DNA of 40,868 nucleotides from an uncultured Muribaculaceae bacterium. Its GTDB lineage: Bacteria > Bacillota_I > Bacilli_A > RF39 > UBA660. The stretch is from NCBI GenBank assembly GCA_964561805.1, contig CAZLQU010000001.1:26125-66992 (forward strand), written 5' to 3'. This document shows, one piece after another, positions 26,101 through 32,663 of the stretch. A program made the translations under genes and the position numbers. Each line of letters opens with the position of its first letter. The first letter of the stretch is position 1. The notes beneath the pieces are model-generated. The model had not been told where the DNA came from. It saw only the letters and a program-made list of their open reading frames with translations, and did no database searches.

Positions 26101-27611
26101 GTGGATTTGGAACAGGTGGAAAGGGTGGTGCTAGTGGTACTGGTGTATCTACTGGCGGCGGCTCTGGTGGTGGCGGTGGCTACTACGGTGGATCTGGAGC
26201 TTCTGGGCTATCGAATGGTTCATTTGGTGCTGGTGGTGGTTCCTCATTTATCTCAGGATATGCTGGAGTTAATGCGATAACATCGGCATCAGATAGGACA
26301 CATACAAATAATACAAAACATTATAGTAATAAATACTTTATTGATAGTACAATGTCATCTGGTGTTAGTTCAGATAATGGTCAAGTTATTATTAAATATG
26401 CGGGTCCATCGCATTCAAGTGTAAATAGCGCTCTTAATGGTATTAGATATATTAAGGATTGCATCAATGGTAATACATTAAATACATACAATCAATGGAT
26501 AGAGATTCAAGCAATTCAAGATGGTGTTAATCTTGCCAAAAACAAAACTATAACTGGTACAGCGAATGCTGAATCTGGTTATGAATATACATATATTGTT
26601 GATGGTATGATTGATAATTCTAAATATGGTAGAACCCCAAGCAATAGTGGGCTTCAATGTGTAACAATTGATTTGGAAAATACATATGATTTGGATGAAG
26701 TAGCCGTATGGCATGTATGGACTGATGGTAGATCATTTAATGATAATGTAACATATGTATCAAGTAATAATACGGATTGGGCAATTATTATTGCTAATGA
26801 GGATGTTGAAACCCATAATGGTAAGAGATTCAATAGATGGCAGGAATATAATCAATACATTGAATGCGAGGCAGGAACATATCTTGCTGCTGGAGGAACG
26901 ACATGTATTACATGTCCAGCAGGATCAGCTTGCCCGGGTGGTATATATGAATATAGTATGACTAGTGCTAATGGTATTAATGCTTGTGCTGCCGGTAAAT
27001 TCTCAACTGGTGGAGCTGAAAGTTGTACTAACTGTGTTGCGGGATCATATAGTGGAACTGGAGCTTCAGGATGTATAGCTTGTGCTGCTGGTAAAACAAA
27101 TACAGCAGGATCAGGTAGTTGTTCATCTAATTGTTCAAATAGTGCTGGTGTAAGTACATGGTACACACCAACATGGAATAGTAACAATACAATGACTAAT
27201 TCATGTAAGGTAAATACTTGTAGTAGTTCTTACCATATAAATGGCAATGCTTGTGCTAAGAATTCTTATACCAAGACACAAGTTGATTGTGTGTATACAT
27301 CATATAAAGCAACTTCTAGTAGTGCTAGTTTCACATATGGTGGAAATCAAAGTGGGTGTACTTCAGCTTGCTCTGCATATAGTGGCACGTGTTCTGCTTT
27401 AAATGGTAGTCCTTCATCAGCTACCTTGTGGCGCTGCACGTACACCAAATATACTTGTCCAAACTATGGTGCTACGTTAGCAAGTAATCATAGATGTTAT
27501 TACACTACGACACAGACAACTACATCGACAACAACAGATTGTACACCAAAGACAGAGTTTAGTACATGTAATTATAGTAATCGTGGTAAATCTAATGTTA
27601 CTTGTAGTTAA
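20181..27611 (+). CDS. Giant (about 2,476 aa) cell-surface protein with the same N-terminal module as giant 1, Ig-like domains, three [glycine-rich ALK-GRD-like + discoidin/F5-F8 type C-like] units, ephrin-receptor-like CxxC repeats and the family C-terminal Cys-rich domain
   Basis: ORF is open 20169-27611, with the start placed at ATG 20181 (GGTGA SD). N-terminus is MEKKKITILTIVVFVVGLIIAGSSYAFWSW. Three recurrences of YQ(S/T)FT(A/V)P.SGYY..E.(Y/W)GA(Q/E)GG, GGGATD(I/V)R, SRIMVA(G/A)GGG, GGGGYYGG and GGGSSFISGYAG.NAITSASDRTHTNNTKHYSNKYFI. Each is followed by NVRY(V/I)KDC...DLG.TY.(V/L)DE(I/V)A(V/I)WH...DGR(T/S). Confidence 0.9.
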   Translation: MEKKKITILTIVVFVVGLIIAGSSYAFWSWTSNINKNLVFNTASNLRNYIVYNEGESAFTGELQVSNSYQTGSVHATVSIYKTTNVNMLATLHMDVNQIGPNMKNSTALKWVVTEGTVSNVGSELAHGNFVGANNGDLLTLVPDINITTTEAFYTVWIWIDSSENPSDNISGETLDTDIWMEINQVEGSEDRYEITNTNAHYQQVSATVVDNKYKVTRYAITTTNSDPSTWTTITPTTEQNNVYTLNESVSGTGTYYIWFMDSEGRVTCEQVVVTEVDTTKPSCSWGAFTPNTVQNNATSSVTLTCTDSESGIGVYNLQASDFTPSNNKITVTNVTRESVTNGYKYTITVTGTTNDGTSHLTVDANKIRNGAGLGNLSTSSGDISVVNVINITLDNASATTNGTSTIYLSYNDGIYLDSGLINQMTDSTNPITIPVRTYYSFLGYYDNTTQMIDSDGHITSNFTNTLYSSAKTLNAHWQDTTSPIASLSVSITNNTINATATVSDNGDGFDGNYHWLVSTSNTCDQNVDINDFTTTTTNTYSHVMQDNNLYYVCLMVKDNADNETYSVSQGLSNIVVSFNSKTADNISFSNKYVAYNQVYGEFPTTTKTGYTLKGWSLAEDASYIPNTYQQVEYLQSTGTQYIDTGYIPNENSRLWLDYQPTEAQSKIYAGARNESSSPKVYFTINSGSNNTKMYASWGTTVNYNIGPMTTDRVRTEIGSEGIYYNDEYVTMPGETVWSNISYSVYLFAVQESSNTASLNASVKIYEAKIYEGNTLIHHMIPCYRKSDNVRGMYDAISGEFYTNSGTGTFGIGSDVNNYVTESTTVSKNENHTLYAVWKDEEAPTGTLTLSDDNWIITATVSASDTGSGVKPRYGFKMIDTNNCNSSVTGFVETSVNSYTFSDSLKYYVCVRIQDNEGNYNYLSQRIPASYYLYTGDVQSFTAPSDGYYFVETYGAQGGEETNGGYSSGYIELNANDVLYVYVGGSGAERDSTGLGGWNGGGNTLDNGNGKKGPAGGGATDIRLTNGAWDNATSLNSRIMVAGGGSGWYGVGGTLVGKPGQETSYQYYQHVGKGGAQTAGGGEPIIYSTATSNGTAGGFGTGGTGGGSRSGTTTGGGAGGGGGYYGGSGASGIADGVLGGGGGSSFISGYAGANAITSASDRTHTNNTKHYSNKYFIDNKMTAGVNSGNGRARIKPVDSIPQRVNTDLNNVRYVKDCISGNSQDDYNTWVEIEVIENGVNIADGITATGITPYYGYDISYLTNGDITPLEYVQSSVIGSPSCVILDLGETYNVDEIAVWHIWNDGRTYNNNVTYVSNDGILYVPVINNQTPETSNGKRVTAWDNPLEDNTPRAEFNYTGDYQTFTVPESGYYKIETWGAEGGFANYSTKYNGGAGGYSSGYINLTANDTLYIYVGGMGSSVSGTSSATVTDNGFGYNGGGPAGFYASNSNGGGGGGATDVRTVSGAWNDTTSLNSRIMVAGGGGAARSHSSTPRYSGTGGTGGGLIAGNGVAGNTYCYALGIGGKQNTAGTSTTCSSDGHAYSNNALFGYGWYDYSTTVAYQSGNTTAEGGGGGYYGGGIGYHAPSGGGSSFISGYAGVNAITSASDRTHTNNTKHYSNKYFINGSMSSGVNTGNGKATVTYAGATMPRTNTDLNNVRYIKDCINGSSSNIGNHWVELQAIQNGINLAKNKAVTGTHSEKTDRPYSVITDGLLLTTSTMYAAPSYDGGMQCITVDLGATYNLDEIAIWHFYDDGRTYYDNTTSVSSDNIFFIPVINRQEAETANGKRVSAWDQPLADNEPRAIYYYIGNYQTFTAPQSGYYKIEAWGAQGGGGPKGGYVSGYINLTANDTLYIYAGGKGLSSNSSSGTGGYNGGGSTEATSGKRGPTGGGATDIRLVSGTWNNATSLNSRIMVAAGGGGYYNTASYGIGGGLLGVDGADSAYTYYVSVGKAGMQRSGGATPTKDSGASTNGTAGGFGTGGKGGASGTGVSTGGGSGGGGGYYGGSGASGLSNGSFGAGGGSSFISGYAGVNAITSASDRTHTNNTKHYSNKYFIDSTMSSGVSSDNGQVIIKYAGPSHSSVNSALNGIRYIKDCINGNTLNTYNQWIEIQAIQDGVNLAKNKTITGTANAESGYEYTYIVDGMIDNSKYGRTPSNSGLQCVTIDLENTYDLDEVAVWHVWTDGRSFNDNVTYVSSNNTDWAIIIANEDVETHNGKRFNRWQEYNQYIECEAGTYLAAGGTTCITCPAGSACPGGIYEYSMTSANGINACAAGKFSTGGAESCTNCVAGSYSGTGASGCIACAAGKTNTAGSGSCSSNCSNSAGVSTWYTPTWNSNNTMTNSCKVNTCSSSYHINGNACAKNSYTKTQVDCVYTSYKATSSSASFTYGGNQSGCTSACSAYSGTCSALNGSPSSATLWRCTYTKYTCPNYGATLASNHRCYYTTTQTTTSTTTDCTPKTEFSTCNYSNRGKSNVTCS
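22971..26840 (+). repeat. Three diverged tandem coding units (about 1.25-1.35 kb each) of glycine-rich domain plus discoidin-like domain
   Basis: Units start near 22971, 24240 and 25588. Protein motifs are conserved while many codons differ synonymously, so this is an old duplication under constraint. Confidence 0.8.
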
Positions 27612-27637
27612 AGTCAATACGAAAGTATTGGCTTTTC
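27611..27637 (+). terminator. Rho-independent terminator of giant gene 2 (paralog of 10631-10658)
   Basis: AAGTCAATAC-gaaa-GTATTGGCTT (one U-G pair) followed by TTC. Starts at the last base of the stop codon. Confidence 0.7.
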
Positions 27638-27674
27638 TTATTCTTTGTTATATAATTATATTAGGTGATAAGGT

Positions 27675-28127
27675 ATGAATAGGAAAGGTTTTACTTTAGT
27701 TGAACTTTTAGCAACAATTGTATTACTGGCATTAGTCGTAGGAATTAGTTCTTATGCGATTACTAATATAATAAAGAGTTCAAAGGAAAAAAATTATAAT
27801 TTACTTATAAGTAATGTTAAAGATGCTAGTGAATTATATTATGAAGAATGTAGGTATGCTGATGGTAATAATAGTGGGATAACTTGTACAGTTAATGCTG
27901 ATGGTAGTTATCAAGTTACCTTGGGTAATTTAGTTAGTTATGGATATTTAAAAGGAAATGGAACAATTAAATCATCAACAAATGAGCAAAATATTGGAAA
28001 GTATACAATACTTAATCCTAAGGATAATAAGTCAATTGCTAGTTGTAAGATAAAAATTACTTATACTTCTGGCAAAATAAATGTTAGTGCTATCACTACT
28101 ACTGGAAGTTGTCCTGTGGAGTATTAA
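27675..28127 (+). CDS. Type IV pilin / pseudopilin-like protein (prepilin N-terminal cleavage/methylation motif)
   Basis: MNRKG|FTLVELLATIVLLALVVG has Gly-1, Phe+1 and Glu+5 followed by a hydrophobic helix. The 150-aa product has two Cys pairs in the globular part. Candidate promoter TTGGCT-17-TATAAT at 27628-27656, and an AGGTGA SD. Confidence 0.8.
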   Translation: MNRKGFTLVELLATIVLLALVVGISSYAITNIIKSSKEKNYNLLISNVKDASELYYEECRYADGNNSGITCTVNADGSYQVTLGNLVSYGYLKGNGTIKSSTNEQNIGKYTILNPKDNKSIASCKIKITYTSGKINVSAITTTGSCPVEY

Positions 28128-28128
28128 G

Positions 28129-28779
28129 ATGATTGGTAATGATTGGGATAAGGTATTGGAAGAAGAGTATAAAAAGGAATATTTTTTAAAGATAAAAGAT
28201 ATCGTTAGAAATGAATATCAAAGTAAGACTATTTTTCCACCGGCTAAACGTGTTTTTTATGCTTTTAGAGAAACCCCGTATAAAGATACGAAGGTTGTTA
28301 TTTTGGGACAAGATCCATATCATGGTGTAGGTGAAGCAAATGGCTTATGTTTTTCGGTAAACGAGGGGATAACTATGCCACCATCGCTTAAAAATATATA
28401 TAAAGAATTATATGATGATTTAGGAATAGCAAGGACAAACACGGATTTATCTGATTGGGCACATGAGGGAGTATTACTTTTAAATAGTGTTTTAACTGTC
28501 GAAAAAGATAAACCAGCCAGTCATAAATTTGTTGGTTGGGAAGAATTTACGGATAATGTTATTAAAAAATTAAATGAAAAAGATACACCAGTTGTATTTA
28601 TTCTTTGGGGTAACTACGCTAAAGGAAAAGCAAAATATATCACAAATCCTAAGCATTTAATTATTAGTTCTAGTCATCCAAGCCCATTTTCAGTTAATTA
28701 TGGTTTTTTTGGAAGTAAACCTTTTTCTAGGACAAATAAATTTTTAAAAGATAATGGCTTAAAAGAAATAGAGTGGTAA
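28129..28779 (+). CDS. ung: Uracil-DNA glycosylase
   Basis: Start at ATG 28129 (MIGNDWDKVL...). Motifs GQDPYHG, GLCFSV, LLLNSVLTV and HPSPFS. The ORF-track 5' extension overlaps the pilin gene and looks spurious. Confidence 0.92.
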   Translation: MIGNDWDKVLEEEYKKEYFLKIKDIVRNEYQSKTIFPPAKRVFYAFRETPYKDTKVVILGQDPYHGVGEANGLCFSVNEGITMPPSLKNIYKELYDDLGIARTNTDLSDWAHEGVLLLNSVLTVEKDKPASHKFVGWEEFTDNVIKKLNEKDTPVVFILWGNYAKGKAKYITNPKHLIISSSHPSPFSVNYGFFGSKPFSRTNKFLKDNGLKEIEW

Positions 28780-28780
28780 G

Positions 28781-29869
28781 ATGTTAGGCGTTTATATACA
28801 TATTCCATTTTGTAATAAGATATGCAATTATTGTGATTTTTGTAAGGTTTTATATAACAAAAAATATATTAATGATTATTTAGATAAATTAAGTTTAGAA
28901 ATTAAAGAAAGATACAAGAAAGAGATGGTTAAGACTATTTATATTGGGGGAGGAACACCTAGTAGTCTCGATACATTTGAATTAGATAAACTTTTAAGTA
29001 TTGCTTCAATTTTCAAGTTAGATAATGATTATGAATATACGATTGAGTTTAATATTGAGGATATTGATATCGATAAGATAAATTTATTTAAAAGTTATGG
29101 CATAAATAGGATTAGTTTTGGAGTGGAATCATTTGATAAAAATATTCAAGAAATATTAGGAAGAAGTCATAATGAAGATATGATATTTGATAATATTTAT
29201 TTAACTAAAAAATATTTTGATAATATCAGTATTGATTTGATTTATGGTGTTAATGATAATATAGAGATAGTTAAAAGTGATGTCAATAAGTTTTTAGAGT
29301 TAGATATTCCCCATGTAAGTTTTTATTCATTGATTTTGGAAGAACATACAAAATTATATATCGATAAGCATGAATATATTGATGAAGAAATAGACCGGGA
29401 GATGTATGAATATATATGTCTTGAATTAAAAAAACATGGATATCATCATTATGAAATTAGTAATTATGCCAAAGATGGTTATGAGAGTTTGCATAATACT
29501 AATTACTGGTTAAATGGTAATTATTATGGTTTTGGTTTAGGCGCTGTGAGTTTTCTTCAAAATCATCGAATTAGTAATACTAAAAATATGCATAAGTACT
29601 TGGATGGTAAATACTTAAGTAGTGATGTATATGAAGATATAACTACTTGTAAAGAAAATGATTTAATTTTAGGGCTTAGATTAGTTAAGGGAATTAATGT
29701 TAATAATTTTAATTTAAAATATAATGACGATTTATTAAAGAAAAAAGTAATTAAGGAACTTATAGATGATAATTATTTGGAAGTAATAAATGGTTATTTG
29801 AGATGTAAGAAAGAGTTTTTATATTTAGAAAATTACTTTTTAGAAAAAATTATAGGGAGTGAGTTATGA
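28781..29869 (+). CDS. hemW: Radical SAM heme chaperone HemW (oxygen-independent coproporphyrinogen oxidase-like)
   Basis: YIHIPFCNKICNYCDF (CxxxCxxC), GGGTPS, a HemN_C-like tail, 362 aa. Confidence 0.88.
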   Translation: MLGVYIHIPFCNKICNYCDFCKVLYNKKYINDYLDKLSLEIKERYKKEMVKTIYIGGGTPSSLDTFELDKLLSIASIFKLDNDYEYTIEFNIEDIDIDKINLFKSYGINRISFGVESFDKNIQEILGRSHNEDMIFDNIYLTKKYFDNISIDLIYGVNDNIEIVKSDVNKFLELDIPHVSFYSLILEEHTKLYIDKHEYIDEEIDREMYEYICLELKKHGYHHYEISNYAKDGYESLHNTNYWLNGNYYGFGLGAVSFLQNHRISNTKNMHKYLDGKYLSSDVYEDITTCKENDLILGLRLVKGINVNNFNLKYNDDLLKKKVIKELIDDNYLEVINGYLRCKKEFLYLENYFLEKIIGSEL

Positions 29870-30657
29870 CAAAGTTTTTACTTAGTAAGAAATTTATATT
29901 GCCAGTAATGTATATAATTATCGGGGTGATTGTTTATAACATTATTAAGTTTTTAATGAAGAGACTTAGTAAGACAAAATATGCTGATAGAAAGAAAAAA
30001 ACAATTATCGAATTGCTTAGAAATATTGTTAAATATTTAATACTAATATTTGTTGTTTTAGCAATATTATCGGTATATGGCGTTGATACCTCCGGTTTAG
30101 TTACTTCAATTGGAGTGGCTGGAGTTATTATTGGTCTTGCTTTACAAGATATTGTGGCTGACTTTTTAGCAGGAGTACTTATTTTATTTGATAATCATTT
30201 TGCAATTGGTGATATTGTAACAATTGATGGATTTACGGGTGAAGTAGTTAATTTTGGTTTGATGACCACTAAAATAAAAGCAGCAACTGGTGAAGTAATG
30301 ATTTTATCAAATGCGGCTTTTAGAAAAGTAATTAATTATAATATGAATAATACAACGCATTATATTAATATCGATGTTGCGTATGATACTGATATAGATA
30401 AGTTAGAGAAATGTTTAATGGAAATGACAGATGAAGTAGAGAAGATTGACGGATACCTTGGTAATTATAAATTGCTAGGAATTCAGGAATTTGCTAGTAG
30501 TAGTATTAAATATATGGTAATGTTAGATTGTAAGACTAATATTAGATTTCAAGTTAAAAGAGATTTTAATATGATTCTTAAGAGATACTTAGATAAATAT
30601 AAGATTGAAATACCTTATACGAAAGTTGATGTTAACATTAGAGGAAAAAATGAATAA
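29866..30657 (+). CDS. Small-conductance mechanosensitive channel family protein (MscS-like)
   Basis: ATGA overlap with the hemW stop. Three N-terminal TM helices, then GVAGVIIGLALQDIVADFLAGVLILFDNHFAIGDIV and the beta domain. Confidence 0.85.
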   Translation: MTKFLLSKKFILPVMYIIIGVIVYNIIKFLMKRLSKTKYADRKKKTIIELLRNIVKYLILIFVVLAILSVYGVDTSGLVTSIGVAGVIIGLALQDIVADFLAGVLILFDNHFAIGDIVTIDGFTGEVVNFGLMTTKIKAATGEVMILSNAAFRKVINYNMNNTTHYINIDVAYDTDIDKLEKCLMEMTDEVEKIDGYLGNYKLLGIQEFASSSIKYMVMLDCKTNIRFQVKRDFNMILKRYLDKYKIEIPYTKVDVNIRGKNE

Positions 30658-31216
30658 AATTAAATATTTTGAAACTGAAATTAATTATATTAGTGATAAA
30701 ATTAAAAGAGAAGATATTAAATATTTAATTAATTTGCTTCCAGATTATTTCTTTAGAGTGCCAGCTTCTAGTACAGGTAAATATCATCCAAAATTTGCAT
30801 GTAGTGAGCACGGACTACTTAAGCATACGAAACTAGCTGTTAGGATTGCCTATGACTTATTAGCAATAAATGATAGTTTTAGTGAAGATGAAAAAGATTT
30901 AATTATTATGGCATTAATTATGCATGATGGGTTAAAAAAAGGAATAGAGGAAGAAAAACATACACGTTTTGATCATCCACTCTTGGTTTCTAAATTAATT
31001 ATGGAACATGTAAAAGAATTAAAAACGGACACGGATGCAGTTAGAAAAATGTGTATGATGATCGAGAGTCATATGGGTAAATGGAATACCGATAAACATA
31101 GTAAAATAGTATTACCACTACCCAATGATAAACTTAGTAAATTTGTTCATATGTGCGATTATTTGGCAAGTAGAAAATATCTAAATGTCAAATTTGATAA
31201 ATTAGAAATCGTGTAA
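30650..31216 (+). CDS. HD-domain metal-dependent phosphohydrolase
   Basis: Start at ATG 30650 (GAGG SD, overlaps the mscS-like stop). H...HD signature: KHTKLAVRIAY, IMHDGLKKG, ESHMGKW. Confidence 0.7.
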   Translation: MNKIKYFETEINYISDKIKREDIKYLINLLPDYFFRVPASSTGKYHPKFACSEHGLLKHTKLAVRIAYDLLAINDSFSEDEKDLIIMALIMHDGLKKGIEEEKHTRFDHPLLVSKLIMEHVKELKTDTDAVRKMCMMIESHMGKWNTDKHSKIVLPLPNDKLSKFVHMCDYLASRKYLNVKFDKLEIV

Positions 31217-31234
31217 GGAGTAGGAGTAGTAGTA

Positions 31235-32338
31235 ATGAGTGAACTAAAAATCATTGTACCAGAAAATTTTAAGGAGTTTGGAGACAAGGTAAACAAAAGA
31301 ATTCAAACAATTAGGAAGACAAATGATAATTTCTTGGTGAATACTTCATTAGTAAGATTTAATAATGGTGAGGGGAAAGCAGTAATTAAAGAATCGCTTC
31401 GTGATAAAGACTTATATATTATGAGCGATGTTAGTAATTATGATGTGTCTTACAATTATTATGGAAGGACTCATTATATGAGTCCGGATGAACATTTTAT
31501 GGATATTAAAAGAATACTAAGTGCTGAGTGTGGACATGCTAGTAAAAGAACAGTAGTTATGCCATATTTGTATCAATCTAGACAAGATAAAAAAGATTCT
31601 AGGGAAAGTTTGGATTGTGCACTTGCTCTTAAAGAACTTGAATATATGGGAGTTAATGAAATTGTTACTTGTGATGTTCATAATAAAAGTGTTATGAATG
31701 CTGTTCCTAATATGGCATTTGAGAATATGTATCTTGGAGATATTATGCTACTTGATTTAATTGAACATGAAAAAATTCATGATTTTGATAAATTTGTATG
31801 TATCTCACCAGATGAAGGAGCAATGAAAAGAGCTAGATTCTTTTCTGACTTGCTTGGTAATGTTGGTATTGGCTCATTTTATAAGCAAAGAGATTATACG
31901 AAAGTTATTAAAGGGAAAAATCCAATTATTGATCATAGGTTTTTAGGACCAAGTGATATGGAAGGAAAATATGTTATTGTCGCTGATGATATGATTGCTT
32001 CAGGAGGTTCAATTTTAGATACAGCTGAAGCAATAAAGAAACTTGGTGTTGATAAAATATTTTTAATCGTTACATTTGCTTTGTTCACTGAAGGCGTTGA
32101 AAAATTTGAAGAGGCATATGAAAAAGGCATAATCAATAGGGTATATGCTTCAAATGTTAGCTATGTTCCAGAATATATAAAGAAAATGAAATGGTTTAGA
32201 TCAGTTGATTGTTCTGAGAAAATTGCAATGATTATTAGTGAACTTAATTATGGTAATAGTATTGGTGAACTTATCAGCGGTAGAGTAGAGACGGCTGTTA
32301 AGATAAAGAAATTGAGGAAAAAATATGAAACTAAATAA
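31235..32338 (+). CDS. prs: Ribose-phosphate pyrophosphokinase (PRPP synthetase) family protein, long form (367 aa)
   Basis: VRFNNGEGKAVIKESLRDKDLYIM, VVMPYLYQSRQDKK (compare PYxxYARQDR), ISPDEGAMKRAR, VIVADDMIASGGSILDTA (PRPP loop). Confidence 0.8.
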   Translation: MSELKIIVPENFKEFGDKVNKRIQTIRKTNDNFLVNTSLVRFNNGEGKAVIKESLRDKDLYIMSDVSNYDVSYNYYGRTHYMSPDEHFMDIKRILSAECGHASKRTVVMPYLYQSRQDKKDSRESLDCALALKELEYMGVNEIVTCDVHNKSVMNAVPNMAFENMYLGDIMLLDLIEHEKIHDFDKFVCISPDEGAMKRARFFSDLLGNVGIGSFYKQRDYTKVIKGKNPIIDHRFLGPSDMEGKYVIVADDMIASGGSILDTAEAIKKLGVDKIFLIVTFALFTEGVEKFEEAYEKGIINRVYASNVSYVPEYIKKMKWFRSVDCSEKIAMIISELNYGNSIGELISGRVETAVKIKKLRKKYETK

Positions 32339-32654
32339 AAAAGGATTTACATTAATTGAATTACTTGCAGTGGTTGTTATATTGCTTGCAATATCTGTAA
32401 TGGCAATATCATCAATAAGTGCAGCAATTGAAAGAAATAAAGCAAAGCAAGATAATGCTAAGAAAGAAGTAATTGTCAGTTATGCCAAAATATATTATGA
32501 AGATCACAAAAACAGTTTAGGTTTATCAGGTTGTATTCCAATTGGTAGTCTTGGATTATCAAGTGAAGAGATGACAGCTTCAAATGGTGAACCATTTCCA
32601 GGTGGTGTAAGATATAATAATGGTAGTTTTGAATATGTTGATAGTTGCTCTTAG
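32325..32654 (+). CDS. ComGC-like major pseudopilin / type IV pilin (109 aa)
   Basis: MKLNKKG|FTLIELLAVVVILLAISVMAI is a canonical N-methylation motif with Glu+5. Overlaps the prs 3' end by 14 nt. Confidence 0.85.
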   Translation: MKLNKKGFTLIELLAVVVILLAISVMAISSISAAIERNKAKQDNAKKEVIVSYAKIYYEDHKNSLGLSGCIPIGSLGLSSEEMTASNGEPFPGGVRYNNGSFEYVDSCS

Positions 32655-32663
32655 GAGGAAATT

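Noticed and set aside
3540-27640. Treating the region between the two giant genes as a mobile genomic island bounded by direct repeats.
   Set aside because: The interval contains core genes (helD-like, glyQS). It has no integrase or transposase and no tRNA attachment site. The repeated DNA is explained by gene paralogy.
28081-28128. 5' extensions offered by the ORF track for ung (28081), the HD protein (30605), the third pseudopilin (33127), the 95-aa ORF (34813) and helD (10746).
   Set aside because: The extensions overlap upstream genes and add non-conserved residues. In each case an internal start with a proper SD yields the canonical N-terminus.
29866-29869. Possibility of Mollicutes-type genetic code (TGA = Trp), given the low GC content.
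   Set aside because: TGA terminates hemW exactly at the ATGA overlap with the next gene. All long ORFs are intact under code 11, and conserved Trp positions are TGG.
31235-32338. The long (367 aa) Prs with YQSRQDKK instead of YARQDR as a non-canonical enzyme.
   Set aside because: The other Prs motifs (PRPP loop, flexible-loop region) look intact, and long Prs variants exist in low-GC bacteria. I cannot support anything unusual from sequence alone.
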